In this document: piece after piece, positions 1 to 13,005 of the stretch
Position numbering within the stretch: the first letter of the stretch is position 1
Layout: each line of letters opens with the position of its first letter
Assembly: GCF_964204645.1 (NCBI RefSeq)
Contig: NC_134035.1
Coordinates: 6,967,101 to 7,031,100, forward strand
Source of the DNA: Tubulanus polymorphus
Taxonomy: Eukaryota > Animalia > Nemertea
Length of the DNA: 64,000 bases
Direction: 5' to 3'
The notes under the pieces: model-generated
The model's input: the letters and a program-made list of their open reading frames with translations, nothing else
What the model was told of the DNA's origin: nothing
Database searches by the model: none
Made by a program: the position numbers and the translations under genes

Positions 1-1000
1 TTGCAACCCGTCCAACAGTAACTTATCTAAATCATTATCTCGTAATCTTGATTCTACATTCAGGAAAAATTGATTTGATCTAGTACTGTCACACCTAACT
101 GAAGTGTTAAAGTTCGCGTGTTCATTACCCCTTTCATTATCGCTAGCAATGGTGTACCTAGAATTCGTATACACGCACAGATTAATAGGATTATGTCCAT
201 CAGATAATAATGGGTCAAAAGGCATTATTTCAAAGTCCTCAACATAACCAAACAGTTCTAAATCACACACAAAATAATCGATGACACAAGTGTTCCTAAA
301 AGTATAATTACCTGTCTGATCATTGCCACATCTGCCATTGAGGATAATTAGTGAATGGTTCTTACACAAATCTATTAGTTGATAGCCTGTATTATTCTTT
401 CTTTTGTCCTGATTATTTCTAGTTGTGGGAACGCCTAAATTAATCAATGAGTCAACAATAGGGTCTAAGTTATCATCTTGAATTATCTGATTATCAGGTT
501 CCAAAAAGTCTGGCATACAAGCGGTGTAAGCATTAAAGTCACCAGAAATTAACACATTGAAATCATACTCAACTTTCAATTGCAATAACTCTATTTCAAT
601 TTCTCTGATAGCTATTTCTGAATAATAACGACTATTTTCTGGAGGAATATAAATTACACCTAAAAGTACATGTTTGTCGCGATTAAATAAATCTTTATCT
701 AATAAATACCAAGATACAAACGCAGAGTCAGTCGAAATTGGTTTTATTTTATTTTTCATGAACTTCCTATATATGATACCGACGCCACCTGATCCTTTTT
801 TTTGAAAACTTTTTCCTATTTTTAAAGTGCGCCATATGGGAGGCGGGCAAGCTACAACCTAAATTACCGTCTAAATCATCTAAGTGAGTTTCAGTTAGAC
901 ATGTGATGTCATTATTGCTAATCAATTCACAGAATTCTGGGATATCGAGTTTAGCTATAAGGCCACATACATTCAGCGTAGAAAACTTTAATGATGATTT
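1..1000 (-). pseudogene. LINE ORF2 APE endonuclease domain, disrupted, runs off the left edge
   Basis: Manual minus-strand translation gives STLNVCGL...CLTETHL, GVIYIPPENS, ISGDFNA, LNGR, VIDY motifs; frame broken near 830-870. Confidence 0.8.
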
Positions 1001-1315
1001 GATACAAGGAATTTCACTTATGTTTGCTGTACTAGTTACATTTTGCTTATTTAAATCAGAAGTGTTAACATTTCGCTTATTTACATCAGAAATGAAATTG
1101 TTAGGAGTTACATCAGGTACATGATTGTTACTATTTACATCAGGGTATGTATCTACCGTATGAGAATTTACATGCCAGCCAACGATATTTCTATTTACAT
1201 TTGGATAACTGTCACATAAATTTACACTATTTACAAATTCTATAACATAACAACAACTTCGAGATACAAGGACAGTCCGGTCTACGAATTGTACGCAAAG
1301 TCCCTCCGCTGGTTC

Positions 1316-2101
1316 CTAGTGGCTGTCCATCGGTACGCGGTCACGGTTTTCGCGGATAACGAGTTTGTCCCGTACAAAGAAAGCTTGTTTTCCGTTCGCT
1401 TTCGCGGCTCTCAGCTCGGGTAGCTTTTCGCGTCGTCTCGCCGTCCATTCCTCAGGCACCTGTTCATTCAGTCCTAAAGACGAGCCCGCGAGATTTTTCG
1501 CAACTGAACGTACCAGTTCACGATCTTTGAAGAATTTGAATTTTGCAACAATTGGGCGTGGTTTTTTCTGTTCGTTTTTCCTTCGTCCAAGGCGATGTGT
1601 TCGCGCGAATTTGAATGAGTCCACGGTCGTCTTCGGTAACTTAAGGTCTTTCTCGTAAAGGCCTTTAATTAAGTCCTCGGTATTCTCATTTTCGGATTCC
1701 TCGACGCCGTAAAAGATCAAATTATCGCGCATGCTACGCCATTGCTGATCTAGGAGTAGTTCATGGTCCGATTTGATAATTGCATCCTGATCAGCGACAA
1801 CTTTCTCTAAATCGCGAACTTTGCTTCTAAGTTGTTCGTTTTCACTCTTTAGTTGTAATACGTCCTGGTGGCAAAATTCAAGCGATTGTTTAACTTCGGT
1901 CATGTCCCTCTGCAAGTCGTCTAGAAGCTTTAATTTCGAAAGCTGGGAAAGAATCGCATCAAGTTTTGACGATATTCCATTGTCTGCTTCCACACGTGAT
2001 GCCGTTTCCTCAGTCGACTTATGATTCTGGCGATTCGGACGATTTGATGCTGCAGTCTTCTGCTTCTTGTTAGGGGGTGAAACACTTTGTCTTCCCGCCA
2101 T
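1316..2101 (-). CDS. Non-LTR retrotransposon ORF1 (coiled coil + RRM/CTD type), 261 aa
   Basis: Heptad-rich coiled coil followed by RDNLIFYGVEE...FARTHRLG...PRPIVAKF, typical of LINE ORF1p; lies directly upstream of an APE endonuclease on the same strand. Confidence 0.8.
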   Translation of the reverse strand: MAGRQSVSPPNKKQKTAASNRPNRQNHKSTEETASRVEADNGISSKLDAILSQLSKLKLLDDLQRDMTEVKQSLEFCHQDVLQLKSENEQLRSKVRDLEKVVADQDAIIKSDHELLLDQQWRSMRDNLIFYGVEESENENTEDLIKGLYEKDLKLPKTTVDSFKFARTHRLGRRKNEQKKPRPIVAKFKFFKDRELVRSVAKNLAGSSLGLNEQVPEEWTARRREKLPELRAAKANGKQAFFVRDKLVIRENRDRVPMDSH

Positions 2102-4500
2102 TTTCTCCAGATCTCACCGAATATCACACAGATTTTGTGGTTGAAAAAGAAAAACAAATCGGTTAAGTTTCAATATATAGAAACGGGATTAACTGGACGC
2201 AAAGAATTAAACTAATCTAGGCCCTACGCACGTTAGTTCGTTTGTCATCAACCGGTGCGATTAGTCTTTGTCGACTATGCAATGTTAATTCGTTTGATAT
2301 AAGCTAGTTTTTAGTGTCTGTCGTGGCCGAATAATTAATACTAAATTCTCAGCTAATACGGGCTAAACGCACAAAAACGGCAACGGAATATAATAGATCT
2401 AAGGTAGAAAAAATAGTTTCCTTGGATAATGTTTCTAAGTGAAATGTGAAAATTTACCTTGACGGTCGTTTAAACAATTCAAGGAGCGCGCCGAAAGTAC
2501 GTCCGCAGAGTTCAGTACCTGTAGTCTCGTTGTGTCACGCCACCTACCAGCAGTTTGAATAACTACTCCCTAATATTAAGCATTAATCCAAAACAATAAC
2601 AGCTGTCCATTCACAATTGTAGTCTCCAATTAACCTAATCAGTACTGCCTGGGGACTATTAAACACAACTAGCCATTGAATGACCATGAGTTATGTACAT
2701 ACGGTATGTGACGAACAACTAGATGCTGATAACAATGAGTATACTAGCAATTTTGACTGTCTAGACATTCTGGGATGGGACCACTGTTCACAATAGAGAG
2801 GAAAAATGCTCATTTGGTACCAGAAAAAGCGTTCACTGTTTGTTATAGGGAGGTGTTCACTAAATGGAGGTTCTGTTTAATTGAAAATGAGTAGGGAACA
2901 TTTGGTTCCGGGCAAGAAGTGTTCACTAAGGGAGGTGTTCATTAAGGGAGGTTTTACTGTATTTTTTCTTGGAATTATAATGCATTTAATATTATATTAA
3001 TATTTAAAGCTTATAAGCACTGATTGTGGTTCCAGTACCTAATGGTTCTCTTGCTTATTCTAGGGATGGAAAAAAGGTGTTGTGTTCATAAATGGATTTA
3101 ATTTGGGACGTTACTGGGATATCGGTCCACAGAGGACCTTATATTTACCCGGTCCATTATTGAAAAAGGGTGAAAATGAGGTATGTAGCTAGATATTTTC
3201 ATAAGGAAACTTTCACTAATAAAATGATATTAGATTGAGACACATAGAAGAATTGAGACTAAGAGGAGACTAAACGACATGTAAATTGAATTGATCTTTT
3301 TCAGGTGTTGATATTCGAACAGCATCAAGCCAGCAACTCTATATTGCTAACAGATATTCCAAACCTTGGATCTTAGTCTAAATCTGTCTCTTCACTCACC
3401 TTTCTCTTTGATCATGTGTTACCATATATCATTTTGGAATGAATTCGGTGTCACAGTTTTCGCTTCTGTTATACCAATTTGTTTCCTGAGGCAAACCATT
3501 TTTAGAGAGGGCATCAGTTGGTGCGCAATTGTCACCCTGATATAAGTCACATAGTTTATAATCATATGTATCAACAATTTCATATCGAATGGTTCATAAT
3601 ATTTCATATCTCTTACTACATGAAATGCTTAATAATAATAATAATAATGATTATAATTAAAATTATTATTATTATTATAATTATTATTATTATACTAATA
3701 ATTTAATAACTGAATATAGTATCAAAATGTGCTTAAATCGTAATCAACATGTGACATTACTCAATATGTTTTCATAGTAATTAGCTCTAGTCAGTGCTCA
3801 TCAATAATTAATTAATGTCTCTCAAATATGTCACTAGGTGTTAGTTTGTGAGTCCTGATCTGACACCTAGTTCTCACATTATACTCATGATTCTGTATAT
3901 AAAGACTATGTAAAGTTATGATAATCATTCTCATTCCGGGATGCAATTAAGATTGTACATATAAGGTTTAAATGCCTGATGGATGGAATCCTGTACCGCG
4001 GGTGTAAATGCTAGTTCCCCAGCCTGCTGATACAACAACCAGCCGGTTACAGACCCTAGGCACAGAAAATTTCGTCTTAAGTTATGATTTTATTTCAGTT
4101 GGCCCATGTCCTACTCATTTGTGTTGAAATTAATGCTGGACAAAAACTGTTGATTAAAGCCAGTTTTTTGACAAAAGGGGGCATTAGGGGGTTTTAAAGG
4201 TGTCTTAAGTGGGGCTAGGCAGGGAAAATCTCGTCTTAAGTTACATTTTCTGAATCAGCACATAAAATACTATGATTCTGAGGTAGAATCAGACCTGGGG
4301 CCGGTTCCATAGTCGAGACTTAAGTCCAAAAAGTGGTCTTAAATCTTAAATCTGGTCTTATTTTCTTAAGACCGAAGGTTTTCTGTTCCAGAGAGAAGAC
4401 TTAAGCTTAAGCCACAGTCTTAAGTCTGATATTTTTAAGTCTGTCCATTAGTGGACTTAAATATTTAAGACCGGTCTTAACATCTAAGGAAAAATACAAA

Positions 4501-5699
4501 ATGGCGCATTTACTTTTGGGTATAATTTTGCCAGCTCGAAAAGAAAGAGAATTTCGTCGGTTAGGTAACCCATTAGAGGTTTTTACCGCTGATGAGTTGA
4601 AAGAACGGTTTCGATTCAGGCCAGAGGGCATCGATTTTCTTGTGAGAACATTCGGAGACGCGTTGACGCCTATGCAGGATAACGAAAGAGGGAAACCAAT
4701 CTCAGTAGTTTGGCAGATTTTAATCGCGCTTCGGTTTTATGCCACAGGGCATTTTCTGCAAGTAATTGGGGATACTTTTGGTATAGCGAAGAGTTCCGTT
4801 TCACGCATAATAACTCGAGTAACAAATGCAATCGTTGACCAAATACCAAGATTTGTAAGATGGCCAACCGACGAAAATACAAAGCGCGAGATAATGCAAG
4901 GATTCTATGACATAGCCCATTTTCCATCAGTTATTGGGTGCATCAACTGTACACACATCCGAATACAAAGACCACATCATCACGAAAATGACTACGTAAA
5001 CCGCAAGCGGTATCATTCATTGAATATTCAAGCTGTTTGTGACAACAAAGGTAAACCCTCACCAAATTATTGGCATATTCATATTTTCGTCAATCCAAAG
5101 TTGATCAAAGAAATATTGATTCATAGAAAATTGATATTTTCTAGGTCGTTTTACTAATGTAGTAGCGCGCTGGCCAGGAGCCACTCACGATAGCCATATC
5201 CTGCGAACTTCACAAATCGGGAGGTAAGTTTCACATTTTCAAGAATTGTAATGTAGAATTGTGAGGTGATTTGACTAAATATCCTACGTATAATAGGTAT
5301 TTTGAGGGAAATCCTGCAATCGGAGGATTGAGAAATGGACTGGTTTTGGGAGATAGCGGCTATCCATTAAAACCGTACTTGATGACCCCATTTCATCAGC
5401 CCGGAGACAGGTCCGAAGAAAGTTATAATAGGGCTCATAAGATGACTCGTAGCCTCATTGAAAGAACATTTGGAGTGTTCCACTGTCTTCATGGCGAAAT
5501 TCGTATGGAGCCAGAAAAAGTTTGTAAGATATTTTCGGCGTGCGTGGTTTTGCATAATATAGCGATCAACTTGAATGAACCTTTAGATTTTGATGAAAAC
5601 TTTGAAGTCGATTTGCCAGAACAAGAGGCTGTTCGTGAAGTTCTTGGAAATCGCGGGCAAGAAACAAGAAATCACATTGTTCAAGAATATTTTTTGTAA
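4501..5699 (+). CDS. Harbinger DDE transposase, 3 exons (4501-5050, 5145-5223, 5297-5699); probably inactive
   Basis: Two GT-AG introns join the ORFs in frame (CDNKG|[26 protein letters not shown]|YFEG); motifs [37 protein letters not shown]; first catalytic Asp reads Asn (GCINCTH). Confidence 0.88.
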
Positions 5700-5828
5700 A
5701 TATTTAACCTCAAATATATATTTTTTGAGAATATTTATAACATGTATCGTATGGTAATATAAATTCAAAGAGTTAAACATAAAATTAATCATAACAATAA
5801 CAATATGTTAATTGGCATTTGATTAAAT

Positions 5829-7469
5829 TTAAATTTCTTGTTTTTTCAGTAGATTTAATTCAATTTTAATTTTTTCTATTTCGAGGTCAGTCTTCATCAT
5901 CTTTCTTTTCACATACTCCATCTGAAGCTCGATGAGATCTGCCTGTGTCGCCGTTCTCTTTTTCTTGTTGCCTATAATCAAATAGAATATTAAACTAAGC
6001 GTTCTATTCTAGTTCTTCAAAATTTCATTCATTTAAAAAATATCTACCATCAGCCTTAGATGAACTAGCTTGCTCTGTTTCTGCTGCCTGTAGGCCTACT
6101 CCTGAAAAACACGTATATAATATCAAGGTACCCAGTCGGGTTACAGATGGAATACAGTATACCGGTATGTAACGTTTCCAATACTTACCTCCTTCAATCA
6201 TGACATGCGGGCCATCTCCCATAGCTGTTTCAATCAGCGTTACATTTTTATTTGCTTGGTCATCTCCTTTAACGGTAAGAATATACTATTTATTCATGAA
6301 AGATTGAATAATTTCATACGAGAATACCAATAGAGCTAAAAATAACTCGAAACAATTTGTTTTATGTAGCGTACTAGTACTACTTGTCTATTTTTCAAAC
6401 AAAAAATACACTGGAATCATTTAAGCACTGTAAAAGAACTATATGTAAGCTTTACCTAGATTATTTGTCGTAATTGTGGGCAGAGGTATTGCATTGGGAG
6501 CTTCAATATTTCGGATTTGCTCCGCTCCATCGTCTAAAATTAGAAACAATATGAATTTACGGGATTCGAACTATGCGTCAATTTAGCTTAGAATGGGAAT
6601 ATACTTCATGGGAAAGAGCTGTCGCCTGACACTACGGTTTACGACGATGAGTTTATTAAATCATGTTTAATACTCGATTGCTATGGATTTAGCCGGGGAT
6701 ACAGTTCAGTCATGCAATGCTAGATTGGAATATAGTTAGATATATATGTGGATAAGTCTTCCAATAGCTGTCAAGGTAGGAATCTTCCTATAAAGTCAAT
6801 TAGTTTGGGATTCGATTCAAATGTTGCCAGTTAGCAGGTGCGCGCCAGTTAGCAGGTGCGTGATCAGATGACGTACTAGGTCAGGGTCACCTTTGTTTAC
6901 ACACAGACGAAAATGAGTTAGGGCAGGCTAGACTGATTCTGATTAAACAAACAAACTATGAGCTCTAGACAACTAACAAACACCCCACACCCTCACCATT
7001 CTTAAACAAATGGTGAATCGTGAATGATTTAAATCCAAAAAGATAGAAACAATAAACTTACTTTGTAGAATGAACGTTTCCACGCCGTCGATCCCGCACC
7101 ACGTTGGATTGTCACACCACAATTCGATCACGTTCTGGTTGCGTGGTCCAACTCAGAGGGTGGAGGTCCTCCACCGGTCTTGGAAATCAAATTGTTTTGT
7201 TTAACGAATTTCTTTTTCGCCTCCCCTTTGATATTCTTCCACTTTTTCTTGATTTCATCGACCGTTCTTCGCGCTACGCCGATCGCGTTCACTTTCGAGC
7301 AGATTTCTTCCCAAATTTCGCGTTTTCGTTTAGCGGTTATAGTATTGCTAAATGCACCCGATAAAATTGCGTTATTGTCATTAACTAATTTAACTAAAAG
7401 ATTAGTTTCATCCGTCGTATAATTGAAAGATCTCTTCCGCGCGATACTGTCATTTAAAATCTCCGCCAT
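5829..7469 (-). CDS. Harbinger Myb/SANT-like DNA-binding accessory protein, multi-exon, frame disrupted near 7130
   Basis: RKRSFNYTTDETNLLV...W...IKKKWKNIK...SKTGGGPPP Myb-like domain; minus-strand splice signals near 7061, 6455 and 6189; C-terminal coiled-coil exon (ADLIELQMEYVKRKMMKTDLEIEKIKIELNLLKK) ending at 5829; internal exon limits approximate. Confidence 0.78.
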
Positions 7470-8688
7470 TTTGGATTCAGTCTTAAGTCCTTAAAAAAGG
7501 GCTTAAGACTGTCTTAACTAAGACCAACACTAAGACCACTCTTTGGAACGCAAAATTAAGACCAACTTAGCAAAGTCGGTCTTAGAGGATTTAAGACAAA
7601 AAATGACTTAAGACTAGACTTATTTTAAGTCTCGACTATGGAACCGGGCCCTGGACAAAAACTGTTGATTAAAAGTTGCCTAGGCCCCCGAAAAAGGGGG
7701 TCTTAAGGGACCCTAGGCACAGAAAATTTCATCTTAAGTTATGATTTTATTTTAGTTGGCCCATGCCGTACTGATTTATGTTGAGATTAATGCTGGACAA
7801 AAACTGTTGATTAAAACAATTTTTGGGGAATTTAAGGGGCCCACATACCCCCCGCAGGCATGGCTTTGAAACTTAAGACGTTCCTTTCCTAAGTAGATAT
7901 GGGCCAACCTTGACATTCCACACCTCAAACTTTCTTGACTAAAACTGTTGATTAAATGTGGGCCAGCTCCTGGACTATTATTTCACTGTACATTATGGAG
8001 AAGCATTCAACAATTTTTTCCATCACAATTGGTGACTGCTTTTCTCCAAAATTATACAATTGGAGAAGATACTGTTGATTTTCAGGCTTAAACATTTTTG
8101 CAATTGACACCAACGTACCAGGATTTAGCTAAAGACGGAATCTGATTTTCGAGACTCATCATAATGCTTGGAACTCCATTTGGGATAAGTTGTTCTCCCA
8201 AGTATAATATTTCATAATTATAAGAATAAGGATTTGTATCTATTCCCATCACGTTATATGCGATACGAAACCTTCAGGGGCCAGTTACTCATAAGTTGGT
8301 AAAAGATGACAATGGATAAAAACCATAGTAACAACGAACTTTCAATTGTCATTTTGGCTACTAAGCACTCTGACCAATTTTTGGCAACTGGCTCCTGTGT
8401 GTTAAAATTACAGAAACTGATGATAGACAATAATTACAAGCAAAAAATTGCATCCCTTCTTAACTTTCACTGTGAGTCAAACATGCGAATGAATTACTTT
8501 TAAAACAACCCCTCGTATTGTCAGAAATTGTCCACTGTTGTAAAAGTAAAAACAAGTTGAATAATTTCAATGAAGCTTACATTCTTACAGAAAGATTCAA
8601 GATGGCGGACTAGTGCGATCACGCATTCGTATATGTCCTGACAAAAATTATTTATCAAGTGTTTTTCACTGTGGATTTATAACGAGTA

Positions 8689-9960
8689 ATGGGTTCATTG
8701 GATTGGAAGTGTTCTATCAAGTTTCCTCTGAATGAGGTAAACGGAAAAATTCTTCATCAAGATGTAATTAACGCTATAAAGGACAGTGCCGACGGTGACG
8801 TGAGTAAAATAGCAGCGATTCAAATAACGTCAAAATTTTGCATAATTACTGCAGTAGATGAAACGAGTAGCCTAAAGATCTTCTGAAACAATCCGGATTA
8901 ATCTTTCGAGGGAATAAAATCACTCCGGATGATGTAGATTTAACCTTTTTGTCTGTGAAAATAGTCGATGCTCCGTATGAGATGTCGGATCTGACCATTG
9001 TCAACTTTATTAAAAATTATGGTGATTATGTTGAAGGATCGGTAAAAAAGGCGTGATAAGGGACACTCAAATATATACTGGGACCAGATATTTGAAATTG
9101 AAACAAGTTAATAAAGTTATTCCAAACTTCACATCAATCGATGGATTCCGCGTAAGAGTGTACTATGAGGGTATAGGGTGTCAACATTGCCTTGGCGATC
9201 ATCGCTCAGCTGACTGTCCGTCACGATTTAAGTGTTTCAAATGTGGCGCCGCAGAGCATAAAGCTCGTGATTGTACCGTGACTCTGAGCGACACGATATC
9301 CAACGAAGCGCGTGACTATTGCGAGAAAACGTCAAGCGAACCGCAGTCCAATACTATTACAAATAATGTATTGGTAATCGGTGATTCTAACCTCCGTGAC
9401 GTCGAGTTTCCGAATGGCACGGTTATTTGCCAGCCTGGTGCTAGCGGTGAAAAGATTTCATCAGATCGATCGTCGATTACTGACGTTATTCTCCACCGTA
9501 CAAACGATATAAGTAACAACAAAAATGACAGTGACACTGTTGTGGTGAATCTGTCCTTAGCCATGGCCAAAACAACGGAACATTTCAATGAAGCCCAGAT
9601 TCACTTCTCTAGTATCATTCCAAGAAAAGGTAACTCCAACAACGTAAAAGAGTACAACAGCCTTGCAATAGCAGTTAACAACCATATCGGGAAACTATGC
9701 GCGGAACAGAATATCATGTTTATTGATAATGACACTATATTGAAACTTAAACCGTCTGGTAAAGCTTTGGACCACTTTTATTGTATCACCTCAGTGAAAC
9801 CGGCAAGCTTGCATTGCTTAAATACTTTTGCGAGGCAATAGATGGCGTCACTAGTGATGCTTTCTGCATACCGACCTCGGCAAAACGAAAGGAGAGATCA
9901 CTATCCGGAACACCACCTTCAATAGAAAAAACCAGGAAAAAACAATACGTTGAATATTAG
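8689..9960 (+). pseudogene. LINE ORF1 with CCHC zinc knuckles and SGNH esterase domain, frameshifted
   Basis: CQHCLGDHRSADC and CFKCGAAEHKARDC knuckles; VLVIGDSN esterase block I; collinear with the ORF at 41630. Confidence 0.8.
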
Positions 9961-9985
9961 TCCAACACTATGACTTGTTATTTGT

Positions 9986-12900
9986 ATGAAAAGCTCAGTA
10001 ACTGATATACCTTGTACAAACAACAGTTGTTTGTACTTTAATGTTGACGAGGGTTCTCCTCTTGAACGGGGAAGTCTATCCATCATTTCTCATAACATCA
10101 GAAGTGTCAACAAAAATTTTGACAGTTTAACTGATTTTTTGAATTGTTGTAATGATCAATTTTCGGTCATTGGTTTGACCGAGACTTGGACTAATTCAAA
10201 TAATTCTAACTCTAATTTGTATAGAATTAACGGTTACACGAGTATTTTTAGATCCCGCGCCAATGGTCAACTTGGTGGCGGCGTAGCTCTCTTCCTAAAG
10301 GAAAATTTCAATTTCAAAGTACGGACAGACTTATCAACTAGGAATCATACTTTCGAATCTTTATTCATCGAAATTGTTTTAGATAAAAAATCCAATATTA
10401 TTGTTGGAGTAATATATAGACCTCCAGGAGGAAAATTACCAACTTTTCAAGATGAATTTGAAGTTTTAACGGCAGAAATTACTCGCGAGAACAAACTTTG
10501 CTACCTGGTGGGGGACTTTAATATAGATCTCATGAAATATGATACGCACAAAGATACTGAAATATTTCTCGAATCTTTATTTTCTCATTCTTTTTCACCT
10601 TTGATTGACAAGCCAACTTGTGACTTGACAATATTTTTTGTAACGATTTGCGACATGTTCACAAATCTGGGATTTTTATGACCGACCTTTCGGATCATTA
10701 CCCAATATTTACTATCTGCAGTGGTGATCAGCCTCTGTCTGACAGACAACCTTTTAAAACTAGAATTTTCTCGCAGCGCAATATTTCTAATTTCAACAGA
10801 TTACTAATGAATATTAACTGGAGTGAAGTGTATTCATCTGATAATCCCTCAGTTGCATACACTACTTTCATTGAAAAAGTTTCTTTAGTTTTTAATCAAG
10901 TTTTTCCTCTGGTACCAGTTAATCATATTAATCCCTCATTCCATAAACCATGGATAACTCCTGGTATTATCGCAGCAATTAAAACAAAAAACAACCTTTA
11001 TAGGAAATTTATTAGAACACGTTCAGAAAAAATAAAATCAAAATACAACTCGTACAAAAATCTCATTTCAAAGCTTATTAACAAAAGCCGAATCTAATTA
11101 TTATTCTGAAAAATTTCTCGCTGCTGGAAATGATATGAAAGAAAAGTGGAAACTGTTGAACACAGTTTTAGGTAGAAACATTTATTCTAAAATGCCTAAT
11201 TCTTTTACTTCTGATCAACGTGTTATTTCTGGTAATATAAACATCGCCAACGAGTTTAACAATTTTTTTGCAAATATTGGTGAAAGGCTTGCTTCTCAAA
11301 TCCCTGATACAGGGCAATCCTTTCATCAATATATGAATAAACGTGTCAATGAAAGTCTATTTCTGTTTCCGACTTCACCTCATGAAATAAGTGATGTGGT
11401 CTCGGGTTTCCCCTTAAAGAAGATTGCCGTTGTCGATGGTTTGAGTATTTTTGTTATAAAACAGGTTATTGACATCATTAAGTTCCCTTTATCCCATATC
11501 TTTAACCGTAGTCTTCAGACTGGAATAGTTCCCAATGAACTCAAAATTGCGAAAGTTTGTCCTTTGTTTAAATCCGGAGCCCCTAATTCTTTAAATAATT
11601 ATCGACCCATATCTTTGCTTCCTAGCTTCTCAAAAATTCTGGAAAAACTAGTTTACAACAGATTGGTTTCCTTTTGTAACAAACAGGATATTGTAATCCC
11701 CGACCAGTTTGGCTTTCGTTCAAAACATTCAACAGATTTGGCATTAACCAAGGTTGTTGATAATCTTTCTGAAGCCTTGGAAAATAAGAATATTACTATT
11801 GGATTATTCTTGGACCTGTCTAAGGCATTCGACACCGTTAACCATGACATTTTGTTAATGAAGCTTGATTATTACGGAATCCGAGGTGTTCCTCATGATT
11901 GGTTTAAAAGCTACCTGACTGACAGGAGTCAAGTTTTAAGTTTCAACAATACCTTATCGTCTCCATTAAATGTATCAATTGGTGTACCCCAGGGTTCTAT
12001 TCTAGGCCCTTTGCTCTTTTTATTATACGTTAACGATTGCGTTAATGCGTCCAAATTACTCCATTTTATCCTCTTTGCCGATGACACGAATTGTTTTTAT
12101 AGTAACTCTAATATCAAAGAATTGGTTTCCATAGTAAATTCTGAACTGGCGAAACTTGGCATCTGGTATCAAGTAAACAAACTTTCAATAAATATTGCGA
12201 AATGCCACTTTATGATTTTTGGTCGTGTATATCACTTTAATTCTTCCATATGGTTAAATGGAGAATTAATCAAACGTGTACATAGTACGAATTTTCTTGG
12301 TCTTTTTATAGATGACAAATTAAATTGGGATGTCCATATCAAATATGTCTGCAGTAAAGTGTCACGCTCCATTGGAATTTTAACCAGATTAAAAAAGCAT
12401 TTCCCATCAAATATCCTTATTACCCTTTATTATAGTTTTGTTTATCCTCATTTACAATATTGTAATTTAATCTGGGGAAGTAATTATGCAAACAAGCTTA
12501 ATCCACTAATTTTACTACAAAAAAGAGCAGTAAGAATAGTTAATAAGTCTCATTTCCTAGAACACACTGACCCTATCTTCAAGAAATTGAATATCCTAAA
12601 ATTTAGACATATTACAAAATTTCAATTAAGTCTATTTATGTTCAAATTCAATAATTCAAAATTGCCAAATTCCTTTAATCGGTATTTCAAAAAGAATGTT
12701 GATATACACTCGTATTCAACCAGAAATATGAATTCTTTTCGTGTTGCCAGATTTCGGACTAACAAAACACAATTCACAGTAAAAATTCCTTTAATCGGTA
12801 TTTCAAAAAGAATGTTGATATACACTCGTATTCAACCAGAAATATGAATTCTTTTCGTGTTGCCAGATTTCGGACTAACAAAACACAATTCACAGTAAAA

Positions 12901-13005
12901 ATTTCTGGTCCTGTTGTCTGGAATAATTTGCCAAAAAGTTTAAAACAACTGTCGTGTATAGATACTTTCAAAAGAAAAATTAAATTGTATCTAATGAATT
13001 TGTAA
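9986..13005 (+). pseudogene. LINE ORF2 (APE endonuclease + reverse transcriptase), broken into several ORFs
   Basis: IGLTETW, IYRPP, GDFNID, SDHYPI; NYRPISLL, FLDLSKAFDTV, GVPQGSILGP, FADD. Confidence 0.92.

Larger units (their letters stand above)
4298..7650 (+). mobile_element. PIF/Harbinger DNA transposon, two convergent genes
   Basis: TIRs GGGCCGGTTCCATAGTCGAGACTTAA (4298) and TTAAGTCTCGACTATGGAACCGGGCC (ends 7650), 1 mismatch; CTG TSD at 4295-4297 and 7651-7653; sits between related repeat copies at ~4050-4290 and ~7654-7960. Confidence 0.92.
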
